From: a virus
DNA length: 64,000 nucleotides
IMG/VR virus record: IMGVR_UViG_3300025466_000014
Strand: one strand, 5' to 3'
How positions within the stretch are numbered: position 1 is the first letter of the stretch; each line of letters opens with the position of its first letter. The notes under the pieces are model-generated. The model was not told where the DNA came from, did no database searches, and saw only the letters and a program-made list of their open reading frames with translations. The translations under genes and the position numbers were made by a program. This document shows positions 9,171 through 19,199 of this stretch, piece by piece.

Positions 9171-10202
9171 ATGTCGCAACTTATAGACAGTTTATCTTCT
9201 CTACCTACTGTACCAAGTAGTTTTTCAGGTAGTGCGCCGAGATCTGCACAAACCGACCCAACCTTGCAGAATACCAGCTACCAGGTACTTTTGGTTCAAC
9301 ATAACAAGAAACAACCCCTAATTGTTTTAGGTAGTGTCCCAGAAGAGTTTCAATTATCGCAGGACGTAGGCTGGAAAGCTCCTTGGGGCGCTGGTATTGC
9401 TGGCAGCGGCTTAGTCGGTGACCTACTTGCCGCAACAGGTAATCGGTTGGTAACGCAAGTTATGACAATGCAAGTATGGCAAGGTGAGAATGATTCGCTA
9501 AGCTTTACGGTTGTTTTTGAATTTAACACCTGGAAAGATCCGGTTGCCGATATTGTTGATCCAATTAAGGCTCTAATGCAGATGTCTATGCCAGGACTTG
9601 GCGCGGGCGGGTTCTTGACTTCGCCTGGCCCTGTGTTAACTGCCGCCGGTGTTAAGAACCTAACGCAGACAGTAGGTGGAAAGATTATTGGTGCCGGTCA
9701 GGCAATCAGCGCAGCAGGGGCCAATGCCATAAAAAATGGCTCTATTGAATCTGTCTCTAACGTAGTACAGACAGCCGTAAATTCTGTTGCAGGCATAATT
9801 AGCAAAGATGATGTTGAAAAGAATCTTGAAAATAGGATTTCTATTAACATAGGAACCTGGTTTCAACTAGACAACATTATCATTAAGCAAGTTAATCACA
9901 CGTACAAACCACAGGTAGTGGACGCACTTACCGGTACTTTTCAGAGTGCCACAGTCTCTGTAACCTTTGCACCTATGTTTGCTTTGACTACTGCTGATAT
10001 TCCTAACTTGATAAAGGTTAGGAATTTGCCTAGCTCGCTACCGTCTGTTTCGGCAGGTTTAGGTTCTGGTCTTTCAGCCTTAGACGTGCCTTCTTCTGTT
10101 CTCAACAACTCGGGTATCTTGAACATTGTACCTCAGGTTTCTAGCATTGCGCAGAATGCGGCTAACAAAGCGGCCAGTATTGTTTCTAACTTTATTCCTT
10201 GA
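9171..10202 (+). CDS. Baseplate tail-tube cap (T4 gp48-like)
   Basis: QVWQGENDSLSFTVVFEF...IKALMQMSMP...ISINIGTWFQLDNIIIKQVNHTY tube-fold pattern, plus synteny. Confidence 0.5.
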   Translation: MSQLIDSLSSLPTVPSSFSGSAPRSAQTDPTLQNTSYQVLLVQHNKKQPLIVLGSVPEEFQLSQDVGWKAPWGAGIAGSGLVGDLLAATGNRLVTQVMTMQVWQGENDSLSFTVVFEFNTWKDPVADIVDPIKALMQMSMPGLGAGGFLTSPGPVLTAAGVKNLTQTVGGKIIGAGQAISAAGANAIKNGSIESVSNVVQTAVNSVAGIISKDDVEKNLENRISINIGTWFQLDNIIIKQVNHTYKPQVVDALTGTFQSATVSVTFAPMFALTTADIPNLIKVRNLPSSLPSVSAGLGSGLSALDVPSSVLNNSGILNIVPQVSSIAQNAANKAASIVSNFIP

Positions 10203-10218
10203 TGTTTAGGAAACTAAA

Positions 10219-10554
10219 ATGCTTACCTACTCTGAAGCCACGCCTACTACTACGCTTTTAAAAAATCTAACGGACTTAGACATACTTAAAAGCTCTTATG
10301 CCAACATTAAGTACTCTGCTAAAAAAGAGACAACAATAATTGTGGACTCTAAGTACGAAGCTAATCTACCAGGTTTAGCCTACGACTATTACGGTAACCA
10401 AGAGCTATGGCGAGTCATTCTGGCATTTAATGGTTTAGAAGACGCCCTAAGCGACATTGTTGCGGGAACGCAATTGGACTTGCCTAGCCTAGCCTCTGTT
10501 GAGGCGTTCTTTACTAGCTCTAGTAACGTCTTAAATCCTGTGGTGTCTTTATGA
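10219..10554 (+). CDS. LysM-like baseplate wedge protein (gp53/gpX-like)
   Basis: LPGLAYDYYGNQELWRVILAFNGL...AGTQLDLP is a LysM-type signature. Confidence 0.75.
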   Translation: MLTYSEATPTTTLLKNLTDLDILKSSYANIKYSAKKETTIIVDSKYEANLPGLAYDYYGNQELWRVILAFNGLEDALSDIVAGTQLDLPSLASVEAFFTSSSNVLNPVVSL

Positions 10555-11648
10555 GCTTTAAAGTTAATGACCAACTGGATGGCCTTATAAAAATCAATGG
10601 TCAAGAGCTAGTTTTAACTAATGGTAATTTTCTAAAGACACTTCATATCCGGGCGGCGGCTTTAGATGCGTTACCTACTATGCACTTTGAATTTGTAGAT
10701 TTATTAAAGCTTGTGCCTTCAATGAATCTAAACGACGGGTCTACGGTAGAAGTTACTTTATCCAGTAACATCCAAATTGTGCGCAACTTTAGAGTTTTCT
10801 CTTGGCTACGCACTCCTGTGGGTGACGGGTTTGCGTACTCCATAGACTGCTATTGGGATGCCCCACAATACCTAATGGGTACTTCCTGCGCTGGTATACT
10901 GGGTAGTAGCAGTAGCGTCTTAAACACAATTGCGACTACGTGTGGATTGGGAATATCAACTTTTAATCAAGTGACCGCAGACCAGATGATTTGGTTGCCC
11001 AACAATAGAACCTATGCAATATTCGCCAAGGATGTTGCTCGTCACGGTTTTAGAAGTGCTACCTCTCATATGGTATTGGCTGTAGACTCCCATGGTACTA
11101 TGAGGTACTGGGACATAAACTCTAATCCTGCACCTGCTGTTACGGTAGGTTTTGTGCCCCCATCAAATGGTGGTGCATACCAACGCATTAGCGACTTTAC
11201 TGCAACGATAAATTCCGGCACTAATAACATGGTTGGTGGATACCAGCATGTACGTCATGCGCAATCGGTTACGGGTAGCACAGTCGTTAATCAACTAACC
11301 TTGTCCTCAGACTCAAAAGTTCCCACTATTAACTTTGACGTGCGAACGGAATTGGCTAGGTCTTTTGTTACTCACAGTCCATTAGATTACGGGAACGTGC
11401 ATCCTAACTATGAGCAAGCATGGGTGCAGAATATTAGGTACAACCTTTTAAATTCTATGGAAGGCCAATTCTTGTTTAACACGATGACCAACTGGGAACC
11501 GTTAGACAACTTTAACTATGCTGCACCTTCTGACCTAAATAATAATCAACATGATGGTGAGTACACGGTGACTACAAAGATTGTCTTTATAGCAGGAAAA
11601 GATTATTCTGAAAAAATTATTGCAGTTCGCAATGGATTAAATAGCTGA
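10551..11648 (+). CDS. Baseplate hub protein (gp27/gpD-like)
   Basis: 365 aa beta-rich ORF between the LysM gene and the spike gene (conserved myovirus synteny). Confidence 0.5.
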   Translation: MSFKVNDQLDGLIKINGQELVLTNGNFLKTLHIRAAALDALPTMHFEFVDLLKLVPSMNLNDGSTVEVTLSSNIQIVRNFRVFSWLRTPVGDGFAYSIDCYWDAPQYLMGTSCAGILGSSSSVLNTIATTCGLGISTFNQVTADQMIWLPNNRTYAIFAKDVARHGFRSATSHMVLAVDSHGTMRYWDINSNPAPAVTVGFVPPSNGGAYQRISDFTATINSGTNNMVGGYQHVRHAQSVTGSTVVNQLTLSSDSKVPTINFDVRTELARSFVTHSPLDYGNVHPNYEQAWVQNIRYNLLNSMEGQFLFNTMTNWEPLDNFNYAAPSDLNNNQHDGEYTVTTKIVFIAGKDYSEKIIAVRNGLNS

Positions 11649-11655
11649 GGTCGCA

Positions 11656-12231
11656 ATGTTTGATGCTCTAAATGAAGCCTTTGGTCTCTCTGGAGGCAAC
11701 GGAAAAACTCGCAAATACCTAGGTAAGGTAACTAATAATGTTGACCCCCTAGGCCTTGACAGAATTCAAGCTAACGTACCGGATCTTTATGACCCTACCT
11801 TAGGCCCTGTGCCTTGGATTGGACCAAAAAAGGACGCTTTATTTGGGATTGGCGCAACATGGGGCATTTACGGTTCACCTGCTATTGGCTCTGATGTTTT
11901 AATTTCATTGCAAGATGATGACCCGCATTATCCTGAGTACGAAAGCGTTCAGCTAAATAGTTCTGCCTCTAATTTCCCAAGCGGTACCTCTTGGGGCTTT
12001 AAGGACCCTTACGGTAATACGTTAAAGATTACTTCTGATAAAAATATATCGTTTGTTGCTGCTTCAGGCTGCACAATTACGATATCGCCTGTAGGAAGTA
12101 TTACTATAAATACACCAGGAAGCCTGTCTGCTACGGTTGGTGGCTCTACAACCCTGACGTCTACTGGTGCAACTACGATTACTTCTAGCGGAACCTTGGC
12201 CCTTCATGGCGCCAGCATAACTTTGAATTAA
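11656..12231 (+). CDS. Baseplate central spike (gp5/gpV/VgrG OB-fold)
   Basis: YLGKVTNNVDPLGLDRIQANVP...WI...PAIGSDVLISLQDDDPHYPEY and a C-terminal T/S/G beta-helix repeat. Confidence 0.8.
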   Translation: MFDALNEAFGLSGGNGKTRKYLGKVTNNVDPLGLDRIQANVPDLYDPTLGPVPWIGPKKDALFGIGATWGIYGSPAIGSDVLISLQDDDPHYPEYESVQLNSSASNFPSGTSWGFKDPYGNTLKITSDKNISFVAASGCTITISPVGSITINTPGSLSATVGGSTTLTSTGATTITSSGTLALHGASITLN

Positions 12232-12247
12232 AGTTAAGGAATATAAA

Positions 12248-12550
12248 ATGCCAGCAATTATGAGAGTAGGTGATACAGGGACTGGTGTTTGTAACGCGCA
12301 TACCAGCCCAGTGGCTTGCACTATAACCTTTACAAGCGGCGCTGCTACAGTGAACGCAGAAGGTAGGGCGGTATGCACTATAGGTTCTGTGGGTGTTACC
12401 AGCTGCGGGCACACGTCTAAAGCAACTACAGGCTCTAGCACTGTGATGGTTGAAGGTAAAGGTGTGCACCGTGCCGGAGACACTGGGATTTTAATTCCTA
12501 GTGGAAGCTACACGGCTGGTTCAAGTTCATCACATACAAGCGCAAATTAA
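12248..12550 (+). CDS. PAAR-like spike tip protein
   Basis: MPAIMRVGDTGTGVCNAH...TVNAEGRAVCTIGS...CGH...TGSSTVMVEG...RAGD. Confidence 0.85.
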   Translation: MPAIMRVGDTGTGVCNAHTSPVACTITFTSGAATVNAEGRAVCTIGSVGVTSCGHTSKATTGSSTVMVEGKGVHRAGDTGILIPSGSYTAGSSSSHTSAN

Positions 12551-12563
12551 AATAGGTAAAAAT

Positions 12564-12980
12564 ATGGCTTTAACCAATTACCAGCTGTCACTACAAAACG
12601 CAAAATTTATAGACGTTAATACTCAGTATGGTTTGAATAATAAACCGGACCGTTTGCCAGACGGACAAGCAATAACAAATGCTTCGTTGTTTAACCTGTT
12701 CAACTGTATGCCTGGTCAAAGAGCCAGAACCTTTCAACCTGAATACGGTTCGCAATGGTTGCAATTTTTGCACGAGCAGCCTGGCCCAACGACAGCTATG
12801 AAGATGGAGTTGTTTATGGTAAGCGCCATTAAAAGGTGGGAGCCTAGAATAAATCTAGATACTAATAGAACGCAGATTATTTACGCCGCCGACTTGCCCG
12901 GATACGTTGTAAACATTGTTTACTCTTTGCCGCAGAGTTTGTCTTCTAGCCAAATTCAATTTAATTTACCTCTCCAGTAA
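12564..12980 (+). CDS. Baseplate wedge protein (gp25/gpW-like)
   Basis: LFNCMPGQRARTFQPEYGS...FLHE...AIKRWEPRI motif. ATG 12564 follows an AGGT RBS. Confidence 0.8.
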   Translation: MALTNYQLSLQNAKFIDVNTQYGLNNKPDRLPDGQAITNASLFNLFNCMPGQRARTFQPEYGSQWLQFLHEQPGPTTAMKMELFMVSAIKRWEPRINLDTNRTQIIYAADLPGYVVNIVYSLPQSLSSSQIQFNLPLQ

Positions 12981-12988
12981 GGCTTTAA

Positions 12989-15046
12989 ATGACAACTCCA
13001 ACTTTTGTAACGCAGACCGTACCAGCGGGTAACCTAAACACTGCCTATTCCACTAACTTTGTTATTTCTGGTGGAACTACTCCGTACACTTTTGCGCTGA
13101 TTAGCGGCTCGTTGCCACCCGGTTTGACGTTGCTATCTGATGCGTCCGGCATAACAGGTACGCCTACTACACTGGGCATCTACAACTTTACCATGCAGGT
13201 AACGGACAGTAGTAGCCCAGTTCAAACAGTGTTTCAGGCATTTACACTGTTAGTTCTGGACCTAATATCTTTATCTAACCTTACAGTTGATCAAACTCAG
13301 TTTGTTACTCAATTGCAAAATGCTTTGTCTGTAAGTCAAACTTGGAGCACTGGCCTAACAACTCAGACGTCGCAGACGTTGATTGAGTTGATTGCAGCTA
13401 TTGGTACTTACACGACTTCTCGTATTGTTCGCCTAACTGAGGACGCATTTCCTACAACAGCCCAATCTGATTCAGCAATTCGGGCTATTGCGAATATGCA
13501 GGGTCTCCGGTTGGCTCGCAAATTGCCTTCAAGTTCTGTTGCTACTATATCGTCGTCTACCTCTATAACCATTCCTGCTTACACGCAATTTTCAGGCGGC
13601 GGTCAAAGCTGGTTTAACGACACGCAGATTATCCTCTCTGCTACAGTACCTGCCTCTGTTCTCTTAAAAGAAGGTATCGTATCTACTTTTAACATTAACG
13701 GACTGGGTAGTAACCTGCAAGCTTGGGTTTCTACGGATGACAAGTTCACAGTGTCTGACCAAGACGTTACTCTTAAAATCAACAATACTGGAATAACCAA
13801 AGCTTTTGGGGGTCTGTGGAACTACCAAGGCCTACCCGCGTTTGCTGATTTAACATTGCCGGATGGACGTCTTCTAATTCAGTTTGGCTCTAATGGCTAC
13901 GGCAGCATTCCTGGTGTTAACGACGTTGTTACCATTACATATGCCAAGACACAGGGCGAGACTGTTAATGGCCTAAACTTAGCAGGTGTTGCAGTAACCT
14001 GTTCTGCGTATCCTACTTTGACTGGCTCGTTTACAGCCAATCCCTCGGGCGGTGCACCCGAGAAGCCTTCGTTAGCTTACAAAAACTTCTCAGCAGGCAC
14101 GTTTGGGACATTTGGTTCAGCAGTTACTAAGCCTCAGTATCAGGTAATGGTTAATAACTATCCTGGGATAATTGACTCAGTAACACAAAGCCAGCGAGAA
14201 ATTAACACGCTAGACGTCAGATGGATGAACGTAATTAGAGTGTCTGCGTTGACTAACAGCACCTGGACTTCGGGACAAATTAACGCCTATTTGGCGTATT
14301 TGCAATCCCAGTCAATGTACTCGACTAGGTTCTTGTGGCAAGCACCGATACCAATTCCAGTTACAGTAAACCTAACAGCCTACTGTTTTAACTCCGTTAC
14401 CGACCTAACCGCAGTTCAAGCCGCAGTTCAAAAGGGTATTACCAATCTTTTTGCACCGCGCCCAGGTATTTTGTCTACTCCTTTTTACATAGACGATTTG
14501 ATTACAACCGCGCACAACGCAGCACCAGGTCAAATTTCCTATGTTACGGTAGCCAGCCCAACAGCTCCTATGTTGGTAACGCTGCCCACGCCACCGCAAC
14601 TAAGCTACACGATTAACACCACCGGCGGAACTTTAACAGGCGGAACTTTAGGTGCAATTTACTCTTATGCTATCTCTGTAAACGCCGCGTCGCCGTTAGG
14701 TGGAACGGACTATGGTCCACCTTCCGGTTGGGTATTTCCTACAATCCCAGCTGGTGCACTAACAGATTCCATTACACTGACATGGCCTGCGTTAACTAAC
14801 GTAGTTAGCTATACTATCTGGGGAAGGCGTAGTGGTCTCCTCCAGCAACTTACAACGATAACTGCCGCCTCGGGTATAACGACCTACACTGATACCGGCA
14901 CACCGGCTGACCCTGCTAGTCAGGCAGCTTTTCCTAGCCCAGATTTTTTAGCTAGGTATAATCAACTTGCTAGTTTGACAGTTAACGTAGGTTACGCTAA
15001 CCGCCAGAGCCGCGTTCTGTTACCAGTGCGTAACACTTTGACATAG
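12989..15046 (+). CDS. Baseplate wedge protein (gp6/gpJ-like) with accessory Ig-like domains
   Basis: N-terminal putative-Ig repeat (SGGTTPYTFALISGSLPPGLTL...ITGTPT). Baseplate-J core (AQSDSAIRAIANMQG, AVTKPQY). Beta-rich C-terminal extension. Confidence 0.7.
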   Translation: MTTPTFVTQTVPAGNLNTAYSTNFVISGGTTPYTFALISGSLPPGLTLLSDASGITGTPTTLGIYNFTMQVTDSSSPVQTVFQAFTLLVLDLISLSNLTVDQTQFVTQLQNALSVSQTWSTGLTTQTSQTLIELIAAIGTYTTSRIVRLTEDAFPTTAQSDSAIRAIANMQGLRLARKLPSSSVATISSSTSITIPAYTQFSGGGQSWFNDTQIILSATVPASVLLKEGIVSTFNINGLGSNLQAWVSTDDKFTVSDQDVTLKINNTGITKAFGGLWNYQGLPAFADLTLPDGRLLIQFGSNGYGSIPGVNDVVTITYAKTQGETVNGLNLAGVAVTCSAYPTLTGSFTANPSGGAPEKPSLAYKNFSAGTFGTFGSAVTKPQYQVMVNNYPGIIDSVTQSQREINTLDVRWMNVIRVSALTNSTWTSGQINAYLAYLQSQSMYSTRFLWQAPIPIPVTVNLTAYCFNSVTDLTAVQAAVQKGITNLFAPRPGILSTPFYIDDLITTAHNAAPGQISYVTVASPTAPMLVTLPTPPQLSYTINTTGGTLTGGTLGAIYSYAISVNAASPLGGTDYGPPSGWVFPTIPAGALTDSITLTWPALTNVVSYTIWGRRSGLLQQLTTITAASGITTYTDTGTPADPASQAAFPSPDFLARYNQLASLTVNVGYANRQSRVLLPVRNTLT

Positions 15047-15085
15047 TTAGACTAAGATAGGGTTTAAAATAGAAAGAATCAGTAA

Positions 15086-15973
15086 ATGACGTATTTCACC
15101 TACACAACAAATCTTCCTACGCAAGACCCTATTAAGAATGCTCGCGCTTTTACAAAATTGCCTAGAAGCGTTCTGTTAGCACCTTACCTAGCAATCAATC
15201 CGTATTTTGTTGATTTTACAAATGCTATTGACACCGTTTTCGACGTAAACGTCGAGGCAAAGTTGTTAGCACTAAAGAACATCCGCAATATGTGGCCCAC
15301 CTCGTTAGGTACAGAGCAGAAGATTGCAAATAATCAGATGCTATCTTTTTCAGACTGGGGAGGAACAGACCGCGGTACGGTTATTAGCCAAGTAAACTTG
15401 TTAGGGCTAGAGTTGAATAACGCAGGCGTTATTGACGATGGTTCCTATCGAGCGTTCTCTAGGTTTCTGGGAAGTTACTGGTACGAAAAGGGAAAAAACT
15501 CTCTAGCAGACTTTCTTAGTTTTTGTACCAACAATATCTTTGTGTTGCATAATTTGTGGACACAGGATTACTTAACCTTTGTACCTGAAGGCGATCCGTC
15601 GATAGGAACAACTATTTTTAACGGTGGCTCTTGGTATCCTACAACGCACGTTCGATTGACGGTCGTTAACACTGCTGGTTTTGACATTAACGCTATTGGT
15701 GGTCTATTCAACGAAATTGCAAACTACAATCTAGTTCTAGAATCCATAAATTCTCAACTTAGCTTTTTAGTTGCAACAGGTACGCAATCTCTAGGAACTA
15801 TCGTTCATAGTGTTGTTGGTTCAGCAGGTGTGGGTGTAGGTGCAAACTTGGTTCAATCTCCGGCGACTCAGACAATATCCAATTATGATGGAAAAGCACA
15901 CGTAGTTGGTATGGCTTTAGCAATTCAGGACAGCTACACTTTTGGATCAATTTTACCACCCGGGTATGTTTAA
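15086..15973 (+). CDS. Baseplate wedge protein (gp7/gpI-like)
   Basis: Follows the gp6-like gene. YWYEKGK...FL...LWT pattern typical of gpI/gp7 homologs. Confidence 0.5.
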   Translation: MTYFTYTTNLPTQDPIKNARAFTKLPRSVLLAPYLAINPYFVDFTNAIDTVFDVNVEAKLLALKNIRNMWPTSLGTEQKIANNQMLSFSDWGGTDRGTVISQVNLLGLELNNAGVIDDGSYRAFSRFLGSYWYEKGKNSLADFLSFCTNNIFVLHNLWTQDYLTFVPEGDPSIGTTIFNGGSWYPTTHVRLTVVNTAGFDINAIGGLFNEIANYNLVLESINSQLSFLVATGTQSLGTIVHSVVGSAGVGVGANLVQSPATQTISNYDGKAHVVGMALAIQDSYTFGSILPPGYV

Positions 15974-15997
15974 GTTTTATCTAATTAAAGGACAAAA

Positions 15998-16870
15998 ATG
16001 TCGATATCTTTAGACCTAGCGTCTTACGTTTCTGGTGTAAACGTAACAGCACTCTTTACGCCGGGTGTAGGTACACCCGCTACATTTGCAGGCCCGCATA
16101 CTGGAATGACAGACGGCGTTTCGGTTGCAACCTCTTCTCGCAATATGGCAGAGATTTACAATCGACTAAATCTGCAAATTGCCGCAACTATCGTAAACTC
16201 CGGCCTTACCTACGATCCAACTAATTGGGCACAGTTGGCTACTGCGGTTAGCAGATCAGTACCTGCTGGAGCAATATTTGATTATGCCGGAGCTACGGCG
16301 CCTGCTGGATTTCTTTTGTGTGATGGCTCTGCGTATGCTCGTGTTGGTACTTACGCCAATCTTTACGCTGCTCTTGGAGGTGCGTCTTCTCCGTGGGGTC
16401 AAGGTGACGGCAGTACGACCTTCAACGTGCCTAACCTTCAACGTAAAGTAACAATGGGGGCGGGCGGAACTGCAATTTCAGGGCCAGCTAATACAGTAGG
16501 TGCAACTGGTGGTGCAGAAGCTATAACTATCGCTACTGCTAATTTGCCAGCGCACTCCCATAGTTTTTCTAACGTACTAACAGGCTACGAAAATCAGGCA
16601 CACAGCCACTACGATAACGGACACGCTCACGGATTTGCCTATCCAATTAACACGCAGACTTATGCAGGTGGTAACGGGGCGGCTGGTTTCTCCGGGGGGT
16701 ATAATAACGTTTCCATGTCTGGTACTTTAGTAAGTTACGCAAGTTTAAGTACAGAGAGTGCATCACATAATCACTACGTTAGCGGAACAACTGATGGAGG
16801 TACTGGCGGCGGTGCCGCAATTACCAACGTACAACCAACTACTGTTGTAAACAAGATCATTAAATACTAA
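15998..16870 (+). CDS. Tail fibre with phage tail-collar domain
   Basis: VPAGAIFDYAGATAPAGFLLCDGSAY...Y..LYAALG...FNVPNLQRKV collar motif followed by H-x-H repeats. Confidence 0.85.
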   Translation: MSISLDLASYVSGVNVTALFTPGVGTPATFAGPHTGMTDGVSVATSSRNMAEIYNRLNLQIAATIVNSGLTYDPTNWAQLATAVSRSVPAGAIFDYAGATAPAGFLLCDGSAYARVGTYANLYAALGGASSPWGQGDGSTTFNVPNLQRKVTMGAGGTAISGPANTVGATGGAEAITIATANLPAHSHSFSNVLTGYENQAHSHYDNGHAHGFAYPINTQTYAGGNGAAGFSGGYNNVSMSGTLVSYASLSTESASHNHYVSGTTDGGTGGGAAITNVQPTTVVNKIIKY

Positions 16871-16889
16871 TTTTTTAAAGGAAACTAAA

Positions 16890-17447
16890 ATGTATATAGT
16901 TATTAATCGTAAAGACGGTGTTGTTATTATGGGCGGGGTAGCTGCCCAAAATGTTGACATGTCAACATTTCCCGCAACGGTTACGGCAGAGCAAGTTCAC
17001 TGGTGGGATTCTACTAATCGCGGTGCCCTGCTTACGTTAGACCCAGTGACTAAAGAATATGCGCAAACCCCTATAACCGATTTTACCCCTTACGCCGGCG
17101 TTATAGCCGCGTACAAAGCAGCCCTTATTGCTCCCCCTCCTGTGCTGTCAGAAGCAGAAATTCAAGCAGAAATAATTAAAAGCTTTGAGTTTGCTGTTCA
17201 GGCTTATCTGGATACAACTGCTCAATCTTGGCAATACGAGTCAATTAACACAGCGGTTACTTACGTTGCAAGTACAAACGCTACCTTTAAGGCTGAGGCA
17301 ACTGTTCTGATAGCCTGGCGCGATCAAGTCTGGGGCGCGTGCTACACTGCCATGGCAGCAATTAAAGCTGGTACTCAGGCGATGCCTGCAACTGCGGCCG
17401 CCTTTGTTGCAACATTGCCTGCAGCACCAACTCGCCCTGTTGTTTAA
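16890..17447 (+). CDS. Tail fibre assembly-like protein
   Basis: Follows the fibre gene. AVQAYLDTTAQSWQYESI...AWRDQVW pattern is common in fibre-associated chaperones. Confidence 0.55.
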   Translation: MYIVINRKDGVVIMGGVAAQNVDMSTFPATVTAEQVHWWDSTNRGALLTLDPVTKEYAQTPITDFTPYAGVIAAYKAALIAPPPVLSEAEIQAEIIKSFEFAVQAYLDTTAQSWQYESINTAVTYVASTNATFKAEATVLIAWRDQVWGACYTAMAAIKAGTQAMPATAAAFVATLPAAPTRPVV

Positions 17448-17462
17448 ATTAGAAAGACTTAA

Positions 17463-17909
17463 ATGAACATATTTGATTTCATTACGATCTTTAATGGGGT
17501 CGTAACTCTAGCAACAACAAACAAAGAGAACATTGCTCTGTCTCTTATCTTTGTTCCTTTAATTATCTTGTGGCCGCTGTTCTACTATCTGTTTCACGTA
17601 AAAGCAGACATGACCAAGGGCCTTAAGCCTAAAACAACTATCTATTTTATTCTTGGCGTCCTTGGCGTCCTTGCAGATTTTTTGGTAAATTTGTTTTGGG
17701 GAACGTTTCTCTTCTGCCAGTTGCCTAATGTAAACCGTTTAATGATTTCGGCTCGAATGGACGAAATTATAAAAAATACAAAACCAAACTCTGGCCTACT
17801 AAACGCCTGGCGTTTTTGGTTAGCATTGCGTATTGTTGGAATTCTTCTAGAGCCTTACGATAAGACAGGCCAGCATACCACATACGGGCAGTGGCCTGTT
17901 AAGAACTAA
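17463..17909 (+). CDS. Small membrane protein of unknown function
   Basis: Two to three hydrophobic segments and a DFLVN...ISAR...W...L...D...H pattern. Confidence 0.55.
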   Translation: MNIFDFITIFNGVVTLATTNKENIALSLIFVPLIILWPLFYYLFHVKADMTKGLKPKTTIYFILGVLGVLADFLVNLFWGTFLFCQLPNVNRLMISARMDEIIKNTKPNSGLLNAWRFWLALRIVGILLEPYDKTGQHTTYGQWPVKN

Positions 17910-17921
17910 AAAGGACATTAA

Positions 17922-18950
17922 ATGACTACCCCTTATCTGCAAGTAACTACCTTAGGATTACAGGCGGGTGTAAACGCTTCCACTGGAGGTTTTGGCCCTC
18001 TTAGCATTACCACTTTTAAGTTAGGTTCTAACTATAACTACACTCCTGACCCATCTGGGGGAGAAATTGCTTTACACGGGGCAGTTGTCTATAGTGCTGC
18101 GGTTAGTTCTTATGCCATTCAAACAGACGGTAGTCTTCTAATAACGCTTTCAATCCCAGCTTCGGCTGGGCCGTTTACTTTCGGTGAAATTGGTATTTAT
18201 ACATCTACAGGCGTGCTCTTGGCGTCTACTGCCTTGCAGACACCTATTGTTAAATACTCTTCACTCAGTAGCAACTTTGCGTCGTCTATTACTCTACAGT
18301 GTTACCTACAGTTAGGCGCAACCTCTTCTGTGTTTAACCTAACTGGTAGCGGCGGAGCCTCTTCAATACCTTCGGGGTCTGTATTTGACTTCGGTGGTAC
18401 AACGGCACCCTCAGGTTTCCTGGTATGTGACGGCTCTTCTTATTTGACCGCAACTTACCCTGCACTATACTTGGCCATTGGTACTACCTGGGGAGGTACT
18501 GGCGGTACTTCAGGAACATTCAACGTTCCTAATCTTCAACGTAAGGTAACTATAGGCGCAGGTGGGACTGCGGTAGGTCCTGTTGCTAACACAGTAGGCG
18601 CCACAGGTGGTGAAGAGACGCACGTTTTAAGCCTGGCAGAAATGGCCAGTCATAGCCATACGTTCTCTGGTACTACCAGTGCAATGAGTGCCAACGCAAC
18701 GCACAGCCATAGTGACTCAGGTCATACGCACCCTATTCCCGTTGGCGGCATTGCTGCAAATCAAACGTCAAGTGGTTCTAACTCTGCTGGTTTGGCAGCA
18801 ACCAATACAAGCACTGGTTATGCTAATTTGTCGACAGCTAACATTGACCACACGCATACTTATAGCGGGACTACTTCAGGTGTGGGTACTAGTACCGCGC
18901 ATAACAATATGCAACCGTCCGCAGTCATGCTGAAGGTAATTAAGATTTAG
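17922..18950 (+). CDS. Tail fibre: baseplate-attachment N-terminus + tail-collar domain
   Basis: N-terminus with AGPFTFGEIGIY (P2 gpH-like attachment). Collar motif FDFGGTTAPSGFLVCDGS...FNVPNLQRKV. H-x-H repeats. Confidence 0.8.
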   Translation: MTTPYLQVTTLGLQAGVNASTGGFGPLSITTFKLGSNYNYTPDPSGGEIALHGAVVYSAAVSSYAIQTDGSLLITLSIPASAGPFTFGEIGIYTSTGVLLASTALQTPIVKYSSLSSNFASSITLQCYLQLGATSSVFNLTGSGGASSIPSGSVFDFGGTTAPSGFLVCDGSSYLTATYPALYLAIGTTWGGTGGTSGTFNVPNLQRKVTIGAGGTAVGPVANTVGATGGEETHVLSLAEMASHSHTFSGTTSAMSANATHSHSDSGHTHPIPVGGIAANQTSSGSNSAGLAATNTSTGYANLSTANIDHTHTYSGTTSGVGTSTAHNNMQPSAVMLKVIKI

Positions 18951-18980
18951 TTTACTAATAAGAACAAGAAGGAAACTAAA

Positions 18981-19199
18981 ATGGCGGATTTAGCAGACAT
19001 TGCTGGTGAGCATGATTTTAATGACGAAATCTTAACTCGACATAAAAACCGAAAAAAGAACGTTCAAGCAACAGGTGTATGCCTCTCATGTGAGGCGAAG
19101 ATTGAGGCTAACGCAATCTACTGTGATGCAGATTGCAGAGAAGATCATGAACGCAGGTTGAAAGCTCAAAAGATTCACAAAAATGCAAATTATTCCTAA
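18981..19199 (+). CDS. TraR/DksA-type C4 zinc-finger protein
   Basis: MADLADIA acidic N-terminal tip and CLSC...CDADC finger. Strong AAGGA RBS. Confidence 0.75.
   Translation: MADLADIAGEHDFNDEILTRHKNRKKNVQATGVCLSCEAKIEANAIYCDADCREDHERRLKAQKIHKNANYS

Noticed and set aside
9171-15973. eCIS/T6SS locus (PAAR, VgrG-like, gp25)
   Set aside because: Portal, lysis cassette, collar fibres and replication genes indicate a myovirus. No TssJLM, ClpV or Afp15 ATPase is present.
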